A stretch of 64,000 bases of DNA, from the NCBI GenBank assembly GCA_047495785.1, contig JBLDXI010000003.1:4154001-4218000 (forward strand). Reading direction: 5' to 3'. The DNA is from Lepidodermella squamata. Its lineage: Eukaryota; Animalia; Gastrotricha. This document shows positions 1-13,453 of this stretch, piece by piece. Made by a program: the position numbers and the translations under genes. Every line of letters begins with the position of its first letter. Position 1 is the first letter of the stretch. Below the pieces are notes generated by a model. It worked only from the letters and a program-made list of their open reading frames with translations, did no database searches and was not told the origin of the DNA.

Positions 1-241
1 CTACAGTGTTCACGTGTAAAAATAATGATGCTGCGGGTTCAAGGCGGTTTATTCATCTTTCTGATGAATGGCCAATGTCGTGGGGTCAACTAGAAACGAA
101 GGAATCTGTTGACTACGTAAGCAAACAACACGCCGTGATTATTCACCGCCTTCCAGTCTTTTCATGAATTAACTACCGACGTGTTTATTTTTTTACATGC
201 TGTTTTGATAACTTTTTTAGACAAGCTTCACAAAATACATC

Positions 242-2941
242 ATGCCTAAAATGAGCTCATTTTTAATAACAATTTGTGTAGCACACCTTTCCGCGGTTTG
301 GTTCATATCTAGCGCGAATCCGTCCCCGGTTCGATTGCTTGAAATCAGCAGCTTTATAAATGCAACTGCTGTAATCGACGATGCGAATTTTACAAGAAAT
401 TTTACAAGCCCGCTGAAGATTGATCAAAATCAAGCGTTAGCTAGCAACCAAAGCGCTAAGCAGTTGGCACCAAGTATTTTAGTCCGCCCGGCAACGCCTT
501 CGACCAGCACAACCAGGCCCGTATCTACGACAACAACCGTTAGAACGACTACCACTTCAAGTCGCCCGACCACCGCACCGCCCAGAACTCGAGTTACCGA
601 TACTACGACAAGGCGAACGACAACTCCTAGAATTACTACGCCGAAGCCGAAGACTGTAGATGAAATCATGGCAGCAGCCGTTGATACGGTGATTGAGGAG
701 GAATTCATCTTTCAGCTGATGCTACTCAGGAGCAAAGAAAGCGGCGCGCAGGTGAATGAGAGCGAATCCGAGGCGGCGGATGCTGATGGCAAAGGCTCAG
801 CTCCTCAGGGGCGCCCTAGCAAACAGGCAGCCAGGGTGAGTCGATGTCCTTAATTTAAGCTCTGATTCCTTTATTGAATCTTTGAGAATGATTACCAGCT
901 GAAAGCTGAATGTTGATTATTTATGATTATTCGATTCTCTTGCAGGCTCTTGCTGGAAATCCAGCTCCTATTGAACCTCCTGCAAACGAATCCACAACTT
1001 TAAATATGCAAGAGCGGCTTGATAACCTAGCTTCAAAAATGACTTCAATCGATGTGCCCATTCCTCCTGTTGCCACCGCACGTGGCCTGGTTGTCGATAA
1101 TTGCTCCGACATAGCGATTCAGCGAGTAGCCTGTGACCTTCTTGCGAAGAGCAAGGAAGGTTCTTTGATGCTTATGCCCCTCTCGGCCGATTCGCCGTTG
1201 CTTAGCGACTCGAGAAACTCGGCGTTTTTCACGGTTATGGAGTCATGCATCGACCCGAGCTCTGTCCGAAAACGCCGTCGTGTCACCGGCTGCCAATTGG
1301 CGAAAAGTTTGACCAGCATTCAGTCAGTTGTCGAAGCAATGGCACCGAAAGCACCGAACCCAATTTTATCGGCATCGGTAGTGTCAGCATCGATGGTGCC
1401 AGTATCGGTAGTCCCAGGACCGATAGCGCCAGCAGTGCCGTCATCCCGTCGCATGGACTTCAACACATCTCAAGATGCAATCAAAGCGAAGAAACCGACA
1501 GTTGTACAAAGCATCTCTCTAGAATCCGATGGCAGCGTTGATTTCATGTGTAGTACGTATGACGCTGCTGGGAACCTTCAATACGACGTATGTGATGAGC
1601 TAAACGATAAGTGCGGCCAATTATTCGGCAGTCAGACATCGAGCCAAGACCTTGAAGTGGTGTACGACTACCCATCCGAGGATGACACTTTTTCAGCGAG
1701 TGGCAACCGCCGGTCTCGAGCTGGAATTAACGTCAAGTCTCAGTCTGGCAAGCCGAAAAAACTTTACCGGTCGCAAAAATGCGCAGCGGCACCCCCGAGT
1801 TATCCAGCACCGATGTCCATCCTGGATGTAGCTGGATCTAGTCGAGCTATGGCATCTGCGCCTGCATCTACAGCATCTATGACATCTGCGATCATCGTCG
1901 AACTTAACTCGGCTTCAGACGTCAAACGAGCCCAAGAACAGCTGGGCGGATACTACGACACTCTTAACACCAAATTGAGGAAGTATCTGACGAGCAAGGT
2001 GAAAATTGGCGTGAACACTGCCGATGCAGCTGCGCCAATGAATCCGGACTTGGCAGTTGGTGTTGCCAGCCGAACAAGTCAAGACATGCGGCCCACGATC
2101 TCAGTTGTTGTCAATCCAGCGACGACTAAGAAAGCTAAGACAACTACTACAACAACCAGCACGACTACAACAGCTAGAGCGACAACGGCCCCTCCCGTTG
2201 TGAAGGGTATAGGTTCCAGTTTTGATTCCTACGACGATGAAAGTGCTCCTCCTCCTTGTAAGTTTGCTAAATATTAAGTATAATCAATCTAAAATAGCTT
2301 GATATTTGCTATTTACAGGCAGTCAGGAAGTTCAAAATCTAGCCAAGACTTTGCTGGAAATGAATAACAACGGCTCGATCTGGTTGTCATGGTTCGTTCT
2401 CGAGGACCAAATTTACGGCAGAAATCCGCAGAATCAAGACGCGTCACCCCTATCTACCATTATGTACTCTGTCGCTGGGCTGAAAGCGCCGCTGTATCTG
2501 GCCAATGATCACTACCAGAGATCACTTAAAAGCGACAATATTTCTATGTCATCTGTTTGCATTCCTGCCGAAACTCTGTCTCGCCTCATCAAATCCGCCA
2601 TGTCTTTTTACAATGCTTTCGGGCAACCTTTTTACGTGAGTTTTTAACTCTAATTTTTTGAAATTTTGAACCATTCTTTATCTGTTTCTTTATAGGTTCA
2701 ATCCATTGTCGGTTCACCAGCCTACAACGGCACTGGTCTGTCTACCCATGCGATGAGCGCTGTTGGCGCAGATTTTCAATGTGGCCAGGCTATTTACGAC
2801 GCTTCGTTGGCTATCGACTGTAACAAGATGCTTAATTACTGCTACCAGGGCCCGTTCAGGCGGGTCGTAGCCCCCGCCGCCCAGTTGGGCTGCGGCGAAA
2901 CCTGGTGGCCGATTTCTACAATGCATTGTTCCTCCTTATAG
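242..2941 (+). CDS. Secreted Ser/Thr-rich (mucin-like) protein with a Cys-containing globular C-terminal domain; exons 242-835, 946-2257, 2319-2635, 2696-2941
   Basis: N-terminal hydrophobic signal, Thr-rich tracts, three GT-AG introns with consistent phases (0,1,0) joining four ORF-track segments, AATAAA at ~3013. Confidence 0.8.
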
Positions 2942-3485
2942 CCCGCATAATTTCATGCCATTTATTTTCCAAGAATCTCTTCTAGCCTCTTTGACAAGAA
3001 TAACGATGAAAGAATAAATTTTTGAAGAAAACAATTAGGTATTATTTGTGGCTCAATTTTATTAGTAAATCGTCAATATTGCACGGAAGAATGAAGAAAA
3101 GCTAAGAAGATTATCGTAAAATATAATTTAAAGGCCTGAGCGATCTGTTGGACAGTTGGCCGAAAAAATATAAGAAGGAGCATTGGGGTTTGCTTTTAAA
3201 TTTTGCGTGATCTGATCATGATGAGGTAAATTGAAAAATAAATATTATTGCTTTTTTTGATATAAAATTTGAGGTTCATCAGATGAAAATAAAAGACAGC
3301 CTTTCCACCACCTTATAACGAAATATTTAGAAGATCTTTAACCAGGGTCTAAGAGACAGATTTTGTACAAGAAGTTGAGAACGGCATCACGTGAGTACAT
3401 TAGGCTGTGAACATCCAAAAAACGAGACCTAAAAAATCGGTTTTGATTCGTTCGTTAGCGTACGAACTTTCGTTGCAAATGGAAA

Positions 3486-5363
3486 TCATGCTTCATTGCC
3501 TGTTTCAAGCGTTGATTCCGGTGAAGACGGAAGGGCGACGACGAAGTCGTCTGTAGTACAGCACTCTTCAGGCCGCAGCCCGTGTGTTTGCTGGTGATGT
3601 CTGGTTAGAAGTTTTCGGCGCTAAAATAAACAGGATTTTAACAATGACTTCACAGCATGAATTTTTGCTTTTACCTTGGTAACAAATGGGCAGAGGACGC
3701 ATTTGAGCAGAAACTTCTCCGCGGACTTGCCAACCTGTTTCAGGTAGGTATCGACGGTTCGGCGAGCTTCTTCAAGAGGCATGACCAGGATCTTCGCCGC
3801 GCCTCCTTCGACATTTCCACCGCCATCGCCGCCGTCCAGTGAATCCGTATCGTCGCCCATTTTCCCGACGAGAATTTTCTCCGCAGGCTGTTGTCGCTGC
3901 TCCCCGTCGATTTCGATCGGATGAACCTGACGGATGTGCTTTTTGAGATCCCACTTCCAGTTACTGCGATAAGCACACGCTGAACATTTGTAAATCCGCA
4001 GGTTTTCATGGCAAGCCACGTGGCACTCGAAATTTGTCTGACGTTGAGTTCGGTAGTTGCACAACGGACATTGAAACTTGTACGGAATCGAGCGAGGCGC
4101 GCCAAGGGGCGGCGGATGATTGCTGATCAACATCCCATCAGAATTTCTCGTCACATTCGACGTTGACGATGACGAATTTAATGTATGCGCCATGGATCTG
4201 AGCGGAGATGGCTGCTGATTTTGCTGCTGTCGGTGGTTATTCAACGCTTTATGGACACTTCTACAGTCGATTTTGATCGCTTTAACCGATCGAATATCAG
4301 CCGATTGCTGCTGTTGCCCGACAGCTTTCGCCCAGAATGGCGATTCTTGGTTTTGCAAGCTTTGCTTGTTCGAGTTATTATCGTGATGATTCACACTTCC
4401 GTTCAGCATTTTTGGCTTGTTCATATGGCCGTTTCCTGATGGGTGATGTTTCCGCGGCGGGAAGAGGCCCGAACCGCCCGAGCTGTTTAACAACATGGGC
4501 AGTTTACTGGCGAGCATGAGCAAGCTATCACTTGATGGGGGTGACGATGACGAAGGTGACTGTTGGTTACTCAAGTTCGGGATCAGAGGTAGGGGCGTAG
4601 TCGCTCGGTCCTTCACGAGCTGAATAGCGTCGTAAAGCTGACGGGGCGAATTGGCAATCTACGAATTAAAAAGCTTTAAATCAAGGTCTATAAGGGCGAA
4701 AATTTAAATTAAATTCTATAACCGAAAAAAACTATTAAAAAAATCTGCTGCCCTTATGGTCTTACGTCAGGATGATGGCGTCTGAAGTGGATTCGCATAT
4801 CGCAGAACCATTTCGTGCTGTAGGGACATCCAGGCGATAGAGCACAGGCGAACGGCCGTTCGTTAGGGTGGCAATTTTGTAAATGAGCCTATAAAATTAA
4901 TTTCTTAACTTTAAAAATTCATGATTCTAAACCGCTCAACTTGAATGCCAGCCCATGTCTGAAAGATGACGGGTGATGTGGCGGAGGCGCTGCAGTAATG
5001 ACAGGCGTAGGCTCCATTCTCGTTGCCGTTGTCGTCGATCATCGCCGCTGCATCTGCCAGTTCGTCGTCGAGGGCGGTGTCGTCGGTCGACGGGCGCGTG
5101 TCGCCGCCGTCGTCGTAGTCGACCGGCCGTCGCAGCGTTGGCGCTGTGCTCCAGGGTAGTAGCCGCTTTCGGCTACTGTTAACAGCGATAACTGATGGAT
5201 CGCCACGGGTCTTTAACGAAAGATCGAGTGGCTGGAATGAGGCAGCTGTGTTCGGAAATTCGGACGACTCGTTGCCGTCGTCACTGGAAACTGGTTCATC
5301 GTCGCCCTGGCTGTCGATGCTGTCGGGTGTGCCATCGACTTTTTTACTCAAATTTAATGCCAT
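3486..5363 (-). CDS. C2H2 zinc-finger protein (5 fingers) with CtBP-type motifs; exons 5363-4941, 4888-4766, 4658-3675, 3620-3486
   Basis: Fingers CHYC..HLQNCH, CALSPGC..HFRRHH, CPLC..HVACH, CSAC..HIRQVH, and CVLCPFVTK|RRKLLTRHHQQTH (C-x2-C-x12-H spacing restored only by the splice); motifs ALNLS and PLDLS. Confidence 0.85.
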
Positions 5364-7137
5364 CAACTCCTAAAAAGAAAATTGAAAATATCGAATTTCA
5401 AATTTGGAAAAGGTCAAGCTGCTAAAAATTTTAAAAGAAGTTAATGGACCTGAGACTATTAATAAAATAAAAAATCTAAATAAAAAACTATCAAAAATTA
5501 AGTAGAACAAAATGTGTAGCTCTGGATCTTGGTTTGTCAGAGATGAAAGGCCCGGAATCTATCAAATGATTCTCGAATTATTTCAGGAAAGTTAAAAGTT
5601 ATAACTAAGAATCTTTCTAAAGAATTTGGAAAATGGTTAACAGAGAAGACAATTTTGTCTTGGATGAAAGATGAAAGCTTGGATTGTAAAATGCTAGTTT
5701 CCAAGAAGAAAAAAACGTTTGAATAAAACCGCGCACGAATTTTCGGCCGATGCTTTTTTGCCGTGACTTGTTTTGCGCAGAGCGCATCATTATTATTATT
5801 GTTTTGCTGCTGTGTGTGAATTCAGCCGCCACAAAAGCGATGTGACTAAATCGCGCACGTGTCTTGTCGCGCGCTCTGCGACAACCGCGACGACGAGCCG
5901 TTTTCTGCGTGTTCCTTTGTCAGTCTAATTTTTGAAAAATTATCATATATAACGCCATGTGCTTGTAACTAATAGGTATGTGTGTCTTCTTCTTATGTAA
6001 GAGCGTAGAGAGAAGATTTTGGCTTTTGTCAAAAATGCCGGAATATGGGCACTCTTCAACACGCTGGTGCCGTATTATCATAAAAATAAATGACATCCGA
6101 CTATCGTGTCTTGCGGTGAGCCGAGGTGAGCGAGCGCTTTTTGACGTCGGAAAAAGTCTGCCGGGTTGTGTGGCACTGCCGTGCGAAAGTTGTGGCGAAA
6201 AGCGGGTTCTTGGATCCCTATAATATGCTGCTGCATCTAGTTATTTTTCACGCAGCGCAAGTGATGAATAGCGAGCGCCAAGCCAGCCAAAAAATATCGG
6301 AGGATGACGTTTCTAATTTTTAAGCCGCGCGCGCATCACCATACCCGAGCACATAGGTAAACCGTATCTTTTTCACGTGTTTTGTTGTGCGCAGCTATTA
6401 CTGCTTTTTATATTAGTATACCTAAAACTGCTTACCCCATATTCCTCGATTTTATTTTGCCACGCTCCGGCGCACACGGCCGAGCCGTGTCGCCTCACGG
6501 ATAGGTCTGCGCTGACGTTAGGCTAGGGAAGAAAGGAAGAAGATGAGCCGACGGCGACGACGAAGACCGCAATCTCTCAACACAAGAAAAAAACAGCTAC
6601 GGAAGCAGCGGCTGTGAAACGCGAAAAAATTTGCCGTAAGGCCGGCCAAACCGGCCAAACCGCACATGGTGGTGGCTTTTGTGGACGATGTTTTCTCATT
6701 GCCGAGAGTGCAATACACCGTCGCATCATCACAACAAGATAATGACGGCACACGATGAGTTTCTCCGACCAAAAACGGGCCCTGTACAAAAAATTTCTTC
6801 CTCACCTCAACACACATCCATGAAGATGCGGCTTTTCATCCGCTCCGGGGAAATAATTGAAAAACAAAAAACAAGACTGAGGATGAAAACAAATTATTGT
6901 CTATTTTCTCGAAAAAAATACTGTAGAAAAAAACTTCAATGATTGTCTCTTTATTCAAACCATCTCATGCACTCGACGTATAACATTAAAATTAAGGGAT
7001 ATGATAATTAGATCTACCTTACCCACTCCGCGCAGTTCTTCAAGATAGAAACGAAAGACAAAGAATTTTCATCGGCAGGAGAGGTTTCACGTGGCTATTT
7101 TAGCAGGAAGTTTGATTTCAGCGGGTTCGATCCATGT

Positions 7138-7805
7138 TCACAGACGTTGCTTATTGCAGCAGCAGCTGACAGGGAAAGGACACGGCAAGAAACAGCCTCC
7201 AGAGCAGGCGATGTATCGACTGAAAATTAAAAAAAAAATTTAATTTAATCCGGATTTTCCAACTGATTTACCTGCAAAGCAAAGTGTCCTTGATACAGCG
7301 GCCGTTGTTTGTTTGCGAAGATCCGCCGTACCATAATCCGCTGTGCCCACGGCTGGGTGAATATTGGAATGTCGCCAGGGATCGATGTCTTTCCGAAGCC
7401 AAAATCGCGAATAAAGCCGCTGAAAAAGCGTAATTTTACTTCAAAAACGCGCGATTCTTTCCGATAAATCCCTAATATTAATTTTTTCCTGGGAAACTTG
7501 GGCCATTATAAAAATTAAAATTATCAGAATTAAATTGATTAATGCCGAATACAACCACCCCCCGTGTTCGAAAAATTAGAATGGTTCGAATTATGCCCGG
7601 CATTTAAGTTAGTGGTGCTTCTATTGAGAGATAATTTCTCATGCCAAAATCAAGGTCAAGGGAATCTGTCTCAAACAAGAATTTAGTGTTTACCTTCCTC
7701 CCCAGGGTTCTCAACGGTCGATGATGCAGCCAGGCTGAATAACGCCATCGATAATATCGCAATGAAAGACTTGGTGGTAGAAAATTCGCTTCTTGTGAAA
7801 GCCAT
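7138..7805 (-). CDS. Small secreted cysteine-rich peptide precursor, 113 aa; exons 7805-7694, 7419-7272, 7219-7138
   Basis: aaaATG start, signal-like SFIAILSMALFSLAASS, phase-1 and phase-2 GT-AG introns keep the frame, C-terminus CIKDTLLCSRYIACSGGCFLPCPFPVSCCCNKQRL, minus-strand AATAAA at 6950-6955. Confidence 0.75.
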
Positions 7806-8351
7806 TTTGTAGATGATTATCACTGTAATGTGCACGAAGTCTGTTGACAGCAGATGAGCTTATCGCTGCTTCCCTCCAAGGTCGGCAAACGCGCTATACT
7901 GACAGCGGTAGAACGATTTATTTTGCATTTGAATAATATTGCGAATTATAAACAAGATAAACCGGTGTGGTGTGCGAGTGTATGTTCCGTGTACATCATG
8001 CGATGGGGTTTTTTTCCCCATGTTCGACGCAATATGCAGGTTCGTGGATAACCTTGAATGCTTCACTTAGATTACTGTGAAGAGCCGGTTCTGATGAGTA
8101 CCGGCTTTCACGCCACGTGATAATGCGGAAAAATTCAGGTGAAAAGGCATTGCGATGCTACATCACTGGTCAGGCCCAGCTCTTCTCGCCAACCTTGAAA
8201 TTAGAGAAATTTTCGCAGCAACTTAAGGCATTCAAACTCTGGTACTAGCAGTAGGTACAGACAGGTGTAGTACAATATGAAAATAATGTCATTTATTCAA
8301 TTTTTCGATGTAATCATGGACAATAAAAAAATTCATGGCAACGCAAATAAA

Positions 8352-11300
8352 TTATTTCTTTGAAGATCGGCTATTTTTTACGAGATATTTAGATTTAAAT
8401 TCCCGCAATCTGTCTCTTTGGTCAATCTTGTCCAGCTTGCCAACTATACCTATTGTTGATTCAGAGAGAGCCCGAATCTGTAAAATATATATGTCTAAGC
8501 AATCCTTTGAATCTTTTTCAGTCTCACATTTTTCCGAAGATCGCCTAATAGAGGCAGTTGTCGACTCGCTGAATGAACCCTTCGCAGGCAATCTTCCAAG
8601 CTAGCTTCGAGCTCCTTCCGAATTTCCTCTGATTCCTCAGCCAACAGTCTTTGCCGTAAAATTTCAGCAAATTCCGTATCTCCATACCTAAATTACCCAA
8701 AATTAAGATCTCGAATGAATTTCATGGCGAAATATTCACCCGTGCTGGCGAAGAATGAGAAGAGCCTTGTGGCGGACATTTATTTCCTGGGCGGTTTGCA
8801 AGCTCCAAACTAAACATGCGTAGATTTTCTCCCTTAGCAGTTGATTAGCTGAAGGGGCAGATCGAAAGAAAGAAACCGATGGAGCGGCTGAGTTGGCTGG
8901 GCTTGGATCGGCCGTATTCAGGGCTAGTAAGCAATACTCTAGCGCCTCGATCGCACTTGTTCGAACAGCTGGCGTGACGTCGAATTGCATGATTTCCATT
9001 AATCGCTCGCAAATCGATTGATCAAGAAGTGTTTCTAAAATGAATCATTTCTCAATAAAGCGATTACATTCTATCAATTATTACTCGTTCGAGCGGCTAA
9101 TTTGTAGAGCCTGCTCGCTACGCTGCAAGCGGCTTGGCGCACGTCGGTGTATGCGTCGCGAAAGCATTCGAGGTACAGGGGCATTAGCCTAACTGTCATG
9201 AAACCGACGATGCTAATAAGGCGCAACGCCCGGGCTCTTTCGGCTCCATGCTTCGACTGCAATCTGGCAACAAGTTCGTGGTGAACATCCAGGCCGTGTC
9301 CTGTTTTTCCCAGCGAATGCGCAGCGGCTACACGCACTGGTTCACTCCAATCCGTCCTATTAATGAATATTTTTGAGGCTTAAAAATAGACATATTTGGG
9401 GGTTGATAACTTACCACATCAACTGGCTGAGCTTTGAAACTACATCAGCTGGCAATGGACCATGGCATGCTCCTAGAACATGACATGCCGACCTTTGATA
9501 CATGACACGGCAAAAAACTCAATTTACGTGAATTAATTAAGGGTAGGAGCCTTACTTTCTGATTTCCCAATCTGAGTTTACCAGAAGCTCACCTGCCATT
9601 CCAGCTGCTAGAGCCGTCCCAGAACTGATTAATTGAACTAGCTGAAATAAAAGAATTGATAAACATGATTACGAGCATCGAAAATAATACCTTCAGAGCT
9701 GTCTCCCGCCGAGGATCGTCAGTTCCATCAGGAGCGTAATTATCGACGTAAATTCTCAGAAACACCGTTATCACGTCGGAGGTATAAATTTGGTTGTGAG
9801 CCAATCCCTGAGCCGCAGACCATTTGTCCGCTGAATCTGAGTCGTCACTCCGGATTATGTTGAGAAGTACTTGTTTGGTTGCTTCGGAAAATCTACCGAG
9901 AGACGATAGACAAATAGCGGCTGCTTTCTTGACGTTCACGTCAGGATCTTCCGTCACCATAACTTCCATAGCTTTAAGCAAGAAGTTGGGCGTGGCAACC
10001 CCAGTTGAATGCCGCCCATGAGCGATGTATGTGATCGTCACAATTCCACGTACTCTACAGTAATTTTATCATCATGATGCTAAATCTGACCGCACTTTCA
10101 TCTAAATACCTCGTAAATGGATGAAGATCGCATAGCATCTGCAACAGTTCATTTGGGTCTGCTGTATCAGCTAGATTCACTCGCCACCTTAAAGCAATAA
10201 GTTGCATAAAGCGTATCGTGTAAGCGTATTAAACCTGTTCCGCCAATCGGCAGCCATTCCGGCTCGCATGGATGAACTCTCGTCAAGCTCCTGGCGACTT
10301 TCGTTACCTTCCCTGTCATTAGCTAAATTTTCGAGTTCGTATTCGGCAGAGAACTTGCTGCTTCTACCACTCGTCGCATCTTCAGTTTGATCGAGATCAC
10401 TTTCGTAGGCGTAAGGACGATTGACTAAATCCCCCGCATCCTAACAACGAAGAATCATATTAATAGTGGGATACAGAATGTTATGTTTTAACCCACGTCT
10501 AAATAGCCAGGTTCTTTAACCCATCTGATATGCCCACGACTGGGTGCTCTAGAGGATGCTGAGCCCATTGATTTCGAAATCCCTTTTTTCTTTTTCTTGC
10601 TGTCAAAATCAGGCATTTCATTCGGGAAAACTTGCTGCAATTTTTTCCCGAATCGACGGCCTGAAGTGAATTCGATTTCATTGACACGTCTACCGGAGTA
10701 GAGTTGTTTCGCACCTAGAAAAAAAGTTATTAACATTCTTTATTCTTGCTTGCTGTTAACATACCAGAAACTAATTCTTTAGCAAAGGTCGGTGGAGGTG
10801 TAGCAGATCTCGCTCTAGTAGACGGTTTCTCTTGCTCCTCGTTCGATTTTTTTGATATTTCAACGGCTAAGATTGAAATTAAGATACATACTGAGAGTTG
10901 ATTTCTCAACAACAAACCTGACTTTGATCTCTTCATTGCCGCGTTTCCATCTACCATTTTTTCTTTCTTTTCTTTCTGAGTTATGACGACAGATACGCGC
11001 CCATCAGAGAGTTCCGTAACGTTGTAGCCCCTCTCTGTGCTGATTGCAGGCAGTAAACGAGACAACTCGTCTTTGAGCCACTTGGGACGTTTACCGCTAG
11101 CCGATGTCCTTTTCTCTTCATCAAATAAATCGTCGATCAGTTCAATTTTATCCATTTCTTTCGGCCGCCCATACCTTTATACAAAAAGATCGGTAAGTAT
11201 CAAAGAAAACCAATATAGAAATACAAAATCGGCGTATCAACTCACTTAGTTATAAATGACCGACTGAGGCGATGGTAATCATTAGCACTTTTATTTGTAA

Positions 11301-11902
11301 GGCGAAATACGATGAATTCTTGCATATTTTTGCTGACCAAGGATAATGCATGCTCATCCCATCGCAACTCGTTGAAAATGTCCTCTTTTGGTCTAACTTC
11401 AACGGTAGATTTTGATGATATCTCAGGTAATTGACTGGAAGCTTCTCTTTTGGCCTAGACATTTACGAATCATTATTGGAAGTAACGCAAACAACTAAGA
11501 GTTAGCTAACTTTTTGTTTGGCATAGTATTCGTGCCAGCGAGCGATAACATCGGAGGATTTGAGAACTGGCTCGGAAGAAATGGGAACGGCGCTACCGCA
11601 ATGATGCACGGGCTCATATCCAGCTGTGTTATGCTAAAAAGGACAACATTAAATCAAGAGGATCTTCGAGGCTGTAAGCAAACTGATTTCTTTCTCCCAT
11701 CCAGCAATCTTGGAGTCTGAGGCTCAAATGAATAAATAGCTTGACTTTTCGCAATCTCGAATGGTAAATCGCTCTTTGCATTGCTTGCAATCAAATTAAT
11801 GTCGAATTCCACAATGTTGTCGAGCTCCTTTATGACTGACTTATGAAGTCGTTTCTGATGGGACGACTTCACAGCCTCAAGGTGTGAATTCACTGGAATC
11901 AT
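8352..11902 (-). CDS. HEATR4: HEAT repeat-containing protein 4-like, multi-exon
   Basis: RVAAAHSLGKTGHGLDVHHELVARL..ERARAL..GFMTVRLMPLYLECFRDAYTDVRQAAC and DKWSAAQGLA match recalled HEATR4 repeats; many short introns; ends approximate. Confidence 0.75.
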
Positions 11903-12093
11903 ACTTCGGTAGTCAGCAGCAACTTCTGATTAATGCTGGATACTTCATGCAACAAGAAAACAATTAGAAGTAAGTGGAGGCTCTGAAGTCAAATTTGGTG
12001 ATCACCGCTTGCAAGGAGCGCGTGCGCTTTGTCTACAACAAAATACCTTCGGCCAATCGAGCGACCCAATAATTTGGCATCAGCTGATCACTC

Positions 12094-12107
12094 GTTGCTA
12101 TGACAAT
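12094..12107. promoter_or_regulatory. RFX X-box-like motif upstream of HEATR4
   Basis: GTTGCTATGACAAT about 190 bp upstream of the ATG; near-match to the GTTGCCATGGCAAC consensus. Confidence 0.55.
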
Positions 12108-12639
12108 AAAATGTATCGGACGTAAATTGTTTTGATTTTACAAAAAATTAATAAAACTATTTTTGTTAGAAAATTGTTGTCTTTCACGCATATTTTTCGC
12201 GTTGTTGGTTTCGCGATCTTCCTCATCATTTCTTATTCCCAGCGAGCGGAAGTCAAAAGAGCCGCGAGAGTTTTGGCATAAGACATCATAAGACAGTTTT
12301 ATTCGCATCTCCTCAGACAGATACGGTTTACGGTTGCATCTTGCATCGGATAATCACAGTTTTGGTAGTGCATATATTTCTATCGCATCGCACACAATTT
12401 ATATAAGAGTGTTTACAATGCTTTTTTGCTGGACACTGCTATATACAGATTATTCATTGCAGTATATAACTTTTTCAAGATGCGCCGATTGAAGACCGAA
12501 AGACAGCTGGGCTTGAGGTGAGCGCATCATGAGGCTCCATATTACCAACTCGACGATCATACTTCTTGGGAACATTACTTTATTAAGTTTTGCCGCGAGA
12601 GTTTTGGCAGGAAGGTGAGAATTAGCTGCCGATCGTGAA

Positions 12640-13090
12640 CCGTGGATGTTGGAAAATCGTCGTGACATTTGCGTCGTAGGTTGTACTGGTGTCTTACCTC
12701 GCGAGTTGTAGAAACATGAGTCGGATTCTCCCAGAACCGGATAGGTTCGCCGCACAGAACGCATGAACAGAACTTTATGCCTTGTCGCAATAGCCGAATA
12801 GGACGGAAGTAGCAATTGGTCCGCAAGCTTAATAGGAACATAGTGATGTCATTTGGGTAGTTGATAAACTTCCCATAAACGGCTGAGCGTGCGCAAAAGA
12901 GTTTATGATCGTATTCCACATGGTATTGGCTGGCTAACAGTGCCAAGTCGTGCGCCCGTAGCTGGGATTTCGTTTGGTCTCGAAAAACACCCATTGATTC
13001 CAAGTATCTGTTTGGATTGATCCAATCGAGCAGTTTTCTTATCGGATTTTGTTCGAAGTAAGTCAGTTCTTCAATCCAGCTTTAGGCTAT
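12640..13090 (-). mobile_element. Probable decayed 3' fragment of a non-LTR retrotransposon
   Basis: Frameshifted peptides KSQLRAHDLALL..ITMFLL / LPSYSAIATRH resemble the C-terminal 'xxLR..L....HFLLxCPxY..R' region of LINE ORF2; intronless and intergenic. Confidence 0.35.
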
Positions 13091-13453
13091 ACCAAGAAGT
13101 TACGTCTAATTTTTATCTAAAGCTCTATGCTTCAATGTGAAATATTCCTTAGATCAATCAACGGGCATTTATTATGTGTTTCTTATAAAGCCCATGCTCA
13201 CAATGCTTAGTTGCTTGATTGCTAAGTTATTAATCTTGGGGCTTGGGGCACGGAAGGCCCCATAGGACGGAGGACGGAGGCCCCTAACCCTAAATATTTC
13301 AACTGAGTGGCTCCCATCTTTGCGTAGAAGCTTCTGGTTGTTGTGAATAACCAAGCGAATTATCGTCTGAAATATATATTGTTGCATTTGGATTTCATGA
13401 TGTTGCTCTAATTTGGAATATGCCTTTTCATTTTAGAGATTTTTTTTGAAATA

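Noticed and set aside
8077-8111. Hairpin gtgaagagccggt-tctgatgagt-accggctttcac containing CTGATGA
   Set aside because: The hammerhead core would need a following stem II and GAAA; here CTGATGA is only a loop
13282-13293. Telomere-like CCCTAACCCTAA
   Set aside because: Only two units; may be chance or part of a repeat remnant
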